A model generated the notes under the pieces. That model made no database searches. It was not told where the DNA came from and worked only from the letters and a program-made list of their open reading frames with translations. The translations under genes and the position numbers were made by a program. Positions 47,322-55,659 of a stretch of 61,032 nt of DNA are shown here, one piece after another; the stretch's first letter is position 1; every line of letters starts with the position of its first letter. Location: positions 1 to 61,032 of the forward strand of contig JAHEJY010000002.1 in the NCBI GenBank assembly GCA_024638625.1. The letters are read 5' to 3'. The DNA comes from Actinomycetes bacterium. Its GTDB lineage: Bacteria; Actinomycetota; Acidimicrobiia; Spongiisociales; SHLN01.

Positions 47322-48260
47322 CTATCCGAAGAGTCCCGATTCCTGAATGCTGAGGACCGCGGGTCCGAGAAGCACAATGAAGATGACCATGATGAGCAAC
47401 ACGAGAGGGCCGATCAGTTTGACCGGAGCCGCGTGCGCCTTTTCCTGTGCGATCTGACGACGCTTGATGCGCATCTCATCTGCCTGAACCCTCAAGGTAC
47501 GCGAAATGGATACTCCGAAAGCCTCGGCCTGCATCATCGCCAGCAGAAAACCGCGCAACTCATCGACATTCGTACGGTCGCGCAGGTTTCGCATTGCCGT
47601 GCGGCGGGCGACACCAACCCGGGTCTCCTGAATCATCCTATGAAACTCGTCGCTCAGCACGCCCGGAACGACCTTGACAACCCTTGCGAGGGCAGCATCG
47701 AACCCAAGGCCGGCCTCAACCGAAATCACGAGAAGGTCGAGCACGTCCGGCAGCTGTGTTCTGATCGCAACATTTCGATCATTGATGATCCGATTGAGCC
47801 AGGCGTCGGGTCCGAAGACCCCGCCAAACACCAACAGTCCGAGCATGAGAACTTTCATCCCGGGATCCTGGCCACCCTGGGCCAAACCCCAAATGACGAT
47901 GCCGCCTACGACGGCACCGACTTTGATGATCGCGAACGTCGACGCGTCGAGATTGCCGGGGTTTCCAGCCATCATGAGACGAAGCTCGGTGCGATCGATC
48001 CACGACACCGGGGTCCATCGCGAAAAGGCACCACCGAGTCGTTCGACGATCGGAGCAATCACGCGCTCGGCGAATGGCCGTTCCATTTCGGCATCCCGGT
48101 TCGCATCAACCTGGGCGGCGATCCGCCGACCATATGTTGCCAAGCGATCTTTGGTCGTGGCCCTGGCCGAAGACAACCCGGTCGCCACCGCAAAGGTGGC
48201 TAACCCGACCAGCCCGACGACTGAACCAACCGCTGCTATCTGAAGGATTGTTGGATCCAT
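47322..48260 (-). CDS. tadC: Tad pilus inner-membrane protein TadC (T2SS-F family)
   Basis: 312 aa. T2SSF-domain pattern (...DVLDLLVISVEAGLGFDAAL...) with flanking TM segments. Confidence 0.85.
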   Translation of the reverse strand: MDPTILQIAAVGSVVGLVGLATFAVATGLSSARATTKDRLATYGRRIAAQVDANRDAEMERPFAERVIAPIVERLGGAFSRWTPVSWIDRTELRLMMAGNPGNLDASTFAIIKVGAVVGGIVIWGLAQGGQDPGMKVLMLGLLVFGGVFGPDAWLNRIINDRNVAIRTQLPDVLDLLVISVEAGLGFDAALARVVKVVPGVLSDEFHRMIQETRVGVARRTAMRNLRDRTNVDELRGFLLAMMQAEAFGVSISRTLRVQADEMRIKRRQIAQEKAHAAPVKLIGPLVLLIMVIFIVLLGPAVLSIQESGLFG

Positions 48261-48264
48261 AGTC

Positions 48265-50157
48265 CTATATCTCGATATCGACGATTTTGCGAACCCAGGC
48301 GATAGCAGCAGCCATCAATCCGAGTGATATGCCAACGAGGGTCCAACCGGTGGTGGAGCTGCTCAGTTGCATGAGGTACGGCCGGTTATTCACGAACAGG
48401 AACATCACGAGAAATATCGGCATGAGAAGAAGAATCCCCGCCGAGAAGCGGCCTTCAGCAGACAGCGCCCGAACCTCGCGTCGGAGCCGCGTTCGCTGAA
48501 GCATCGTGTCACTCACGATATCGAGGACTTCGGCGAGGTTTCCCCCGACCTCGCGCTGAATCTCGGTCGAAATGACCACCCATTGAAAATCACTCGAACT
48601 CATACGCTCGCTGATGCCTTTGAGTGCTGTTCCGACCGTGCGACCCAGCCTCACTTCGGCCACGGCACGGTTGTATTCACGTGCTGTTGGCTGTGCGGCC
48701 TCAGATGCGACGGCTTCCATAGCCTGCAGGAATGATTGGCCAGACCGCAACGACGTCGCCAGCAGGCCGAGTACGCTCGGCAGCTGGTCCTCGAACTTCT
48801 TGCGATCCCGGCTGGCGATTCGATTCACGAACATGTAAACGAACCCAACCAGCAACACGGCGGCAAGTATCGCAACGATCAGCGAGCCGAAGTACAGCCC
48901 GATAGCAGCTGCAACAACGGCTGAGAACGTGAGAGCAAACGCCACAGCCTCTCCGGGTAGCCACGGCAAATTGGCGGATTCGAGCAAGTTGGCGATTGGC
49001 TGCATCAACCCGCGCTCGGTGGCAAACCCTTCCGCCCGATTCGAGAGTTGGCTGAAGCCGGGAATGCGGCTGAGGATTGTTCCCCCGTCCTGGTCGTCGA
49101 CCTCCTCGACGCGACCGCGCGACGAGTATCCCGCGAGGCGCCGGCTGAGCGCGGCTTGAGAGTTTCGGTACGAATCCACAAACACCCATCCGATCATGCC
49201 TGCAGCCAGAGCGGCAGCCACGATGGCGCCAATCTGGAACCACTGGCGCAGACCGGGATTTGCCACCAGCGGAGCGGTCAGACGCGGTTCAAACGTCGTA
49301 AAGGACTCGACCAACGTCTCCACGTCGACGGTCGGAACCAGAGCACTGATTTGGGCTGATGCGCCCTGGTAGCCAACGTCGAAATTGAGCTCGTCGGCGA
49401 GTCGGGCGGCCGACTCGAATGTAACAACAACCCGGTTGACCTGAGGACGGTCGGCATTGCGAATGGCGGCCTCGACCAGGGCCCGGTTGTCACCCGGCAC
49501 AACCCGATCGCCGATCTGATTGAGGATGCCAGGTTCTGGCTGACCTCCCGACAGCGCAATGACGGTGACATCCATGTGATCGATCGCAGCGAGGGCCTCT
49601 TCTTTGCTGACGATACTGTTGGTATCAACACCAGATGTGATCACAAACACCTGGGGCGTGGTCACATCTCCGAAGAGCTTCGGGAGACCGTTGAGCGCGT
49701 CGTAGAGACGGGTCTCCTCTGAGGCGTAAATGCTGTTTGCCTCGATATTGAGCAGCGTCTGGCTCTGCGTTGAAATCTGCGACCCGGGATCAGCATCAAT
49801 CGGCACCAACCTGATACGGTCGGCCGGGTTCTTGTTCTCGATGAGCGTTCCGGCCAGCGCTTGTGCGAGGGCCACGCGCTCAGGGTTGGCGTCTACCAGC
49901 AGCGCCATTGGGTAGTCGGCGGCGATCGGCTGGACACTTTCAAGCTCAAACTCGACCGGTACGCCATTCTCCGAAACGGATAGATTCTCGACGGAAAACG
50001 ACGAAGAACCGACGTCGACGGCCAATCGGACAACCGGGTGTTCCGTGATATTGGCCTGCACGATGTCGACAGACGTTCCACCGGTTTGGGCAAACGCGGG
50101 AGAAGCCCCGGCCAACACCAAGAGAGCAAGTAGCAGCGAGAGAACTCGACGGATCAT
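48265..50157 (-). CDS. tadB: TadB (T2SS-F family) fused to an N-terminal secreted vWA-like domain
   Basis: 630 aa. Signal peptide (LLLALLVLAGASPAFAQ), an extracytoplasmic domain of about 290 aa, TM segments, then a T2SSF domain (LPSVLGLLATSLRSGQSFLQAMEAV). Confidence 0.8.
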   Translation of the reverse strand: MIRRVLSLLLALLVLAGASPAFAQTGGTSVDIVQANITEHPVVRLAVDVGSSSFSVENLSVSENGVPVEFELESVQPIAADYPMALLVDANPERVALAQALAGTLIENKNPADRIRLVPIDADPGSQISTQSQTLLNIEANSIYASEETRLYDALNGLPKLFGDVTTPQVFVITSGVDTNSIVSKEEALAAIDHMDVTVIALSGGQPEPGILNQIGDRVVPGDNRALVEAAIRNADRPQVNRVVVTFESAARLADELNFDVGYQGASAQISALVPTVDVETLVESFTTFEPRLTAPLVANPGLRQWFQIGAIVAAALAAGMIGWVFVDSYRNSQAALSRRLAGYSSRGRVEEVDDQDGGTILSRIPGFSQLSNRAEGFATERGLMQPIANLLESANLPWLPGEAVAFALTFSAVVAAAIGLYFGSLIVAILAAVLLVGFVYMFVNRIASRDRKKFEDQLPSVLGLLATSLRSGQSFLQAMEAVASEAAQPTAREYNRAVAEVRLGRTVGTALKGISERMSSSDFQWVVISTEIQREVGGNLAEVLDIVSDTMLQRTRLRREVRALSAEGRFSAGILLLMPIFLVMFLFVNNRPYLMQLSSSTTGWTLVGISLGLMAAAIAWVRKIVDIEI

Positions 50158-51536
50158 CAGAACTCGTCGAGCCCGCCGGCAAACGGCTCCGGTGCGAAGA
50201 GCTCGGGGGCTACTGGATAACCGGCCTCGGCCAGGTCTTGCGCAAACGTCGGCCGTACCCCGGTCGCCTTCAGGCGTCCCAGGTACTTGCCATCCTCATC
50301 GACACCCATGCCATAATCGAACTTGAAGAGATCCTGGGTTGTGATGACTTCACCCTCCATCCCCAGCACCTCAGTGATATGTGTGATGCGGCGGGTGCCG
50401 TCGCGGAGGCGCATCAAGTGAACGATGAGGTCGACGGCAGACGAGACCTGCTCGCGAATCGCCCGCATAGGCATATCGATCCCCGACATGAGCACCATGG
50501 TCTCAATACGCGACAAGGTGTCGCGAGGAGAGTTTGAGTGCACCGTGGTCAACGATCCATCGTGACCGGTGTTCATTGCCTGCAACATGTCGAGCGATTC
50601 ACCGCCGCGAACCTCCCCGACGACGATGCGGTCGGGGCGCATGCGGAGGGAGTTCTTCACGAGGTCGCGAATCATGACCGCACCCTTGCCTTCAAGGTTC
50701 GGTGGCCGTGACTCGAGACTCAGCACGTGATCCTGGTGAAGCTGGAGCTCTGCCGCGTCTTCGATCGTGACGATCCGCTCGTCCGATGGGATATACGACG
50801 ACAGAACGTTGAGCATGGTCGTCTTACCGGAGCCAGTGGCGCCGCTGACGATGGTGTTGAGTCTCCCATTGATGCATTGGCGAAGAAACATTGCCGCGTT
50901 CCGCGTTATCGAGTCGAATCGGATCAGATCCTCCTCGAGGAGCGGATCGACCGAGAACTTGCGAATCGTGAGAAAAGGGCCGCCGATCGCCAGGGGCTTG
51001 ATGACGGCGTTGACGCGGGATCCATCCGGGAGGCGGGCGTCGACCATGGGGGTCGATTCGTCGATACGCCGACCCACCTGGCTCACGATCTTTTCGATGA
51101 TTCGGCGCAGATGGGTGCTGTCCACGAACTCAGCAGGTGACAGAGTCAAGCGCCCCAGGCGTTCGACATACACGCGGTGCGGACCGTTGACCATGATTTC
51201 TGTGACGTCCTCGTCCTTGAGCAAAGAGTCAATGGGCCCGTAGCCGAGCACGTCGTCAGAGATTTCCTGCATCATGGCATCGCGCTCTGCCCGCGAGATC
51301 GGAATCGACTCTTCCTGGTCGAGCGCCCAGTCGAGCATCTCCATGACGCGGACCTTCAGCTCGGCGTCGCTCATCTGGCGGTCATAGAGCTGGGGACCGA
51401 GTCCCTCTACGACTTTGAAGTGCAGTCTCCGTTTGAGTTCTTGCAGGTCGTTGGTCTTGGGACTTCCTCCCGGCTTCGGGACGTGGCCTGACTCGGCGGC
51501 CTTGGCTGCCGCCACCCGTTCTGAAAGTGAACTCAT
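50157..51536 (-). CDS. tadA: Tad pilus secretion ATPase TadA/CpaF
   Basis: 459 aa. Walker A SGATGSGKTT, Asp/His boxes, VVGEVRGGE. Confidence 0.93.
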   Translation of the reverse strand: MSSLSERVAAAKAAESGHVPKPGGSPKTNDLQELKRRLHFKVVEGLGPQLYDRQMSDAELKVRVMEMLDWALDQEESIPISRAERDAMMQEISDDVLGYGPIDSLLKDEDVTEIMVNGPHRVYVERLGRLTLSPAEFVDSTHLRRIIEKIVSQVGRRIDESTPMVDARLPDGSRVNAVIKPLAIGGPFLTIRKFSVDPLLEEDLIRFDSITRNAAMFLRQCINGRLNTIVSGATGSGKTTMLNVLSSYIPSDERIVTIEDAAELQLHQDHVLSLESRPPNLEGKGAVMIRDLVKNSLRMRPDRIVVGEVRGGESLDMLQAMNTGHDGSLTTVHSNSPRDTLSRIETMVLMSGIDMPMRAIREQVSSAVDLIVHLMRLRDGTRRITHITEVLGMEGEVITTQDLFKFDYGMGVDEDGKYLGRLKATGVRPTFAQDLAEAGYPVAPELFAPEPFAGGLDEF

Positions 51537-51555
51537 CGCTATTCCTCTCCCCTAG

Positions 51556-52755
51556 TTAGAACCAGCGCCGCTTGCGATTGCTGTCTGCAACCGGTGTGTC
51601 TGCTGAAAGAACCAGTTTCGCTATCTCCTCGAAAGCCTTGGCAGGCTTCGATTTGGGATGTCCATCCACGATGGGGACGCCTTCGTTGATAGAGGCGGGT
51701 AGGAGCCCGTCAGATGGAATCGAGCCACTGATTTCGAAGCGCAGCGAGCGTTCGATCTCCCCCATATCAAGCCGGGCCTTGGAGTTGCTGCGATTGAGCA
51801 CGATACGAATGGCGTTCGACGGGAAGTTGAGAATCCTCAACGTTTCGAGGGCGAGCTTGGCGTTCTTGATGCTCGGCAGGTCCATGTCGACGACGAAGAG
51901 CACCTGTTCCGATCGCTCGAGGACGGCGAGGAGGCGGTCATCGAGAGCGGGAGCAGTGTCCACGACGACATAGTCGAACATCCCTTTCATCAGGTCGAGA
52001 ATGTGCGTAAGGGTCGGCGTGGGGACCTCGTCGGCAAAAGCCGGTTCGAGAGGCGCAGCCATGATCTTCAGACCACTTGGATGATCCGTCAACACCGTTG
52101 CAAGGAAGCCGGCATCGAGTCCTTCGCCCTCTTTGGCCGCATTGACGATTGTTTGCTTCGGATCAACCTGTAACACGAGCGCAACGTCACCGAACTGCAG
52201 ATTGGCGTCGACCATCGCCACTGTTCCCGGCTCGCTCCAACGTGCCAGCAATGTGGCGACGTTGGTGGCGACAACGGTCTTGCCGCTTCCGCCTTTGGCT
52301 GCCATGACAGTTATCAGCTTGCCGTCTCGTCGGGTGACACGCTCGGGGGTTGTAGGCGCAGCCGGTGCGGCACTGGCCCGATGTTGCATCAGGCGCGAGG
52401 CTTGCTCGAGAGCGGAAGAAACGGCGTCTGGCTGAAGAGGCTCTTCGACAATGTCGCGAAAACCCGTGCGGATCGCCCTTCGCAAAACGTCGTTATCTAT
52501 GTTGACAGGAGCCACGAGAACCATCACCACGTCAGGATTGACGTCGTACGTCTCGATGCTCAGCAAGCCCGCCGAGGTTGCGAACGACGGACCCCAGAAA
52601 ATCACCTCGACCTCGGACCTGGCCGCCAGGTCAACAGCTTCCTGAGCGAATGTAGTCGTGAAGACGTCTCCGTCGAACAGTTGTTTTGATTCGGCAAGGA
52701 AGCCCTCATCGCCGTCGACGATGGCTACTCCCTCCGAAGCGAATCGATTACTCAA
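51556..52755 (-). CDS. tadZ: TadZ/CpaE (receiver-like N-domain plus ParA/MinD-type ATPase)
   Basis: Deviant Walker A AAKGGSGKTVVATNVA. The proposed TTG start at 52753-52755 is preceded by AAGGGAGA and overlaps the cpaB stop. The ORF extends to 52866. Confidence 0.8.
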   Translation of the reverse strand: MSNRFASEGVAIVDGDEGFLAESKQLFDGDVFTTTFAQEAVDLAARSEVEVIFWGPSFATSAGLLSIETYDVNPDVVMVLVAPVNIDNDVLRRAIRTGFRDIVEEPLQPDAVSSALEQASRLMQHRASAAPAAPTTPERVTRRDGKLITVMAAKGGSGKTVVATNVATLLARWSEPGTVAMVDANLQFGDVALVLQVDPKQTIVNAAKEGEGLDAGFLATVLTDHPSGLKIMAAPLEPAFADEVPTPTLTHILDLMKGMFDYVVVDTAPALDDRLLAVLERSEQVLFVVDMDLPSIKNAKLALETLRILNFPSNAIRIVLNRSNSKARLDMGEIERSLRFEISGSIPSDGLLPASINEGVPIVDGHPKSKPAKAFEEIAKLVLSADTPVADSNRKRRWF

Positions 52756-53620
52756 AGAGATTCTCCCTTGTGATGCCTGTAGTCGCGACGGGCGTGAAGT
52801 CATCCGGTACGAGTGTGAAGTACGTATCGCCGTTGAGCGTCGCATACACGAGCCGCTCCGCCTCATCAGCCGTTACCGCCACGGTCACGAGGCCGAATTG
52901 AGTCACCGAGCTCAGCGGCTGTCCATTCTGGTCGAGACCGGATTCGTTGCCGGTCAGGATGACGTGGTCAGCATCATCGTCTCCCGTCACGATTTGCTCC
53001 CCAACAGCGAGGACCTCGAGACCCTGCAGAACGAAACGTGTTTCGAGACTTTGCTCAGAAGCTTCAACGAGTGCCAGCACTTCTTCACGGGTGGCGTCGA
53101 CGTCGATTGCGTCGAATTCGATGCCGGCGCTGCCGATGTTCACCAGCACGTTGATCCGGTCACCGGGACGGGGGAATCCACCAACAGCTTCTTCAGATGC
53201 CACCTGAAGAGACATGGCCTGGCGACCGCGGGGAATTCTCTCACTGAGAGGCTCACTCGCCGTTACATCTGAGGCATCCTCCCATTGCAACGAGGTCAGA
53301 ATCTCATTGGCCGCAATCGGGCCGATGGCGATGCGGTTTTCGAGGACAACTCTGAGGTCGGGCTCGGACGCAATGGCCACAGGGTTATCTCCACCGGGGA
53401 GGAAATCGCGATTCTCGGAGCTCTTGACAAAGAGACCGTTCGCGATGACATCGTCACCAGAAACTCCCGCAGGCAGGTCTTCCGCGGCGCGATACACGTC
53501 CACGAGTGTGAACTTGTCCTGTGCTGCCTGATCAACCGAGGCGAGATATCGCCAGACCGAAAATCCTGCGACCGCCGCTAGCACTATGGCGACGGCCACT
53601 ACGGCGATGCGCTTTCCCAA
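52748..53620 (-). CDS. cpaB: Flp pilus assembly protein CpaB/RcpC (SAF domain)
   Basis: 290 aa, TTG start preceded by AAGGAG. An N-terminal TM anchor (IAVVAVAIVLAAVAGFSVW) is followed by a SAF-like region. Confidence 0.8.
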   Translation of the reverse strand: MGKRIAVVAVAIVLAAVAGFSVWRYLASVDQAAQDKFTLVDVYRAAEDLPAGVSGDDVIANGLFVKSSENRDFLPGGDNPVAIASEPDLRVVLENRIAIGPIAANEILTSLQWEDASDVTASEPLSERIPRGRQAMSLQVASEEAVGGFPRPGDRINVLVNIGSAGIEFDAIDVDATREEVLALVEASEQSLETRFVLQGLEVLAVGEQIVTGDDDADHVILTGNESGLDQNGQPLSSVTQFGLVTVAVTADEAERLVYATLNGDTYFTLVPDDFTPVATTGITRENLFE

Positions 53621-53726
53621 CGTCGAACTCCTTGTTTGACCTGAACCCGTGTTGCACGGGGGCGGGATCTGCCCGCGTTGGAGTTACATCGGACGTTGCG
53701 TGGTTGAACTAAAAGTCTTTTCTGAC

Positions 53727-55448
53727 TTAGTTGCCGATACCTTTTTCCTTCAGCTCCTGAAGGATCGCTTCCAGCGACGCGTCGGCAGTGAAGTGCGGCG
53801 AACGATCGGTCGTTTCTTCGCTCTCGGACGTGTAGTCCTTGCTGCGTTCCGGACGCTTCTTCTGAGGCCGCGAGGGCTGCTGGGACTGTGCCTGCTGGCG
53901 GTCCTGCCACTCGGGCATAGCCTGTTTGATGGACAGTGAGATTCTGCGACGTTCCGCATCGATTTCGGTGATCTTGACCTTGACAGGCTGATCCATCGAC
54001 AACTCGAGTTCCGGGCTCTCGACATGATGAAGAGCGATTTCGGATACGTGCACGAGACCCTCAACCCCGTCCGTGACCGAAACGAACGCACCGAATGGCA
54101 CCGTCTTGGTTACCTTGCCATCCAGGATCGAGCCGACACCATAGGCCTCGGCGAAGGTTGCCCACGGATCCTCACGGGTCTGGCGGATGGACAAAGAGAT
54201 CCGCTCGCGGTCTCGATCCACCTCGAGCACTTTGATCTGAACCTTGTCGCCGACGGAAACAACCTCGGATGGGTGGGTCACGTGTTGCCAAGAAAGCTCT
54301 GAGACGTGGACGAGGCCGTCCATGCCTCCGAGGTCGACAAAGGCTCCGAAATTGACGACTGACGATACGACACCGTCGCGAATGTCACCCTCGGCAAGAT
54401 CGCCCAGGAACGCGTGACGTTGCTCGGCTTGTTCATCTTCGAGGTAAGCGCGACGAGACAAAACGACGTTGTTGCGGTTCTTGTCCAGCTCGATGACTTT
54501 GGCCTCGATCTCTTCGCCAACGTAAGGCTGCAGATCGCGGACACGGCGCAACTCCACGAGAGATGCAGGTAGAAATCCGCGTAGACCTATGTCGACAATC
54601 AAGCCGCCTTTGACGACCTCGATTACCGGGCCCTTCACGGTCCCTTTCTCGTGCATGATTCCCTCAATCGTGCCCCAGGCGCGCTCGTACTGGGCGCGCT
54701 TTTTGGAGAGAATCAAACGACCTTCGGCGTCTTCCATCTCGAGCACCATGGCCTCTACGACGTCGCCGATGTTCACCACATCACCCGGGTTGGCGTTGTT
54801 GCGGATCGATAGCTCGTTGGCCGGAATCACACCTTCCGACTTGTACCCGATGTCGACCAGCGCTTCGTCGTGGTCGATACGCACGATTGTGCCTTCGATG
54901 AGGTCGCCCTCTTTGAATTCCAGAACAGTCTTTTCGATCGCGGACTCGAAATCCTCCGGGGATAGGTCGTCCGGGAGATCGTCCAACCCCGTGTTCATCT
55001 TCACGACCGAGATCTCACGGGGTTTCGGCGGCAACACCGGTTCTACCATGGTTTCGGCAGCCGCTTCGCCCGCGGATGGATCAGCGTCGGCGTCCCCCGA
55101 ATCGACAGCGACGGCACGGTCGTTGCTTTCCGAACCTGCTTCGGAATCTGTCGGCGGCCGCGGTGTCAGGGGGGTTGCGGGATCGAGAGCCTCCGTGACG
55201 TCTTCACCGGTGGGTTCGACCGCCGGCGGGTTCGGCGTAGGGCCGCTTTCACCGGGATCGTCATCGGTGGGGCCCATTGCCGATTCTCTTACGAGAGCGT
55301 CTGTTGGACGGTCAACGGCTTGCCCGGTTTCCGGCCCGGGCTCGTGGGCGCCTTCCTCCGGGCCGGCATCGGTAGAGGCCTCCGTCTCGGCCTCAGGAAT
55401 TGTGGGAGGGGCTTCTTCTGTCAGGGAGTTGGCTTCTTCTTCGATCAT
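53727..55448 (-). CDS. rpsA: 30S ribosomal protein S1 (ORF includes a 150-codon acidic/Pro-rich N-terminal extension; alternative start at ATG 54998)
   Basis: Four or more S1 domains (GDLIEGTIVRIDHDEALVDIGYKSEGVIP..., RLILSKKRAQYERAWG...). A basic/acidic C-terminal tail is present. Confidence 0.9.
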   Translation of the reverse strand: MIEEEANSLTEEAPPTIPEAETEASTDAGPEEGAHEPGPETGQAVDRPTDALVRESAMGPTDDDPGESGPTPNPPAVEPTGEDVTEALDPATPLTPRPPTDSEAGSESNDRAVAVDSGDADADPSAGEAAAETMVEPVLPPKPREISVVKMNTGLDDLPDDLSPEDFESAIEKTVLEFKEGDLIEGTIVRIDHDEALVDIGYKSEGVIPANELSIRNNANPGDVVNIGDVVEAMVLEMEDAEGRLILSKKRAQYERAWGTIEGIMHEKGTVKGPVIEVVKGGLIVDIGLRGFLPASLVELRRVRDLQPYVGEEIEAKVIELDKNRNNVVLSRRAYLEDEQAEQRHAFLGDLAEGDIRDGVVSSVVNFGAFVDLGGMDGLVHVSELSWQHVTHPSEVVSVGDKVQIKVLEVDRDRERISLSIRQTREDPWATFAEAYGVGSILDGKVTKTVPFGAFVSVTDGVEGLVHVSEIALHHVESPELELSMDQPVKVKITEIDAERRRISLSIKQAMPEWQDRQQAQSQQPSRPQKKRPERSKDYTSESEETTDRSPHFTADASLEAILQELKEKGIGN

Positions 55449-55659
55449 TCGCTTCTTGTTGGTTGCTTACAGGGTCAAACCCGTCTGCGATAGGGGTACT
55501 ACCGAAGGCGGAAAGCTCGCCAGATGTTACCTGCGCGTCGAACCCTCGATAAGGGCTGGCGTGCTGGATCTGGAACGAACTGTTAGATGCGTCGTGAGAC
55601 GCAGCGGAAATGGTACCACATGTCGGCCAGACCTGTCCCATTCCTGGGAGATATCCGTT

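Noticed and set aside
53646-53676. Two small hairpins (CCCGTG-TTG-CACGGG and GCGGG-ATCTG-CCCGC) between rpsA and cpaB, considered as an rpsA terminator.
   Set aside because: The stems are short (5-6 bp) and there is no T-run, so the support is not strong enough to annotate. They may still attenuate read-through into the tad genes.
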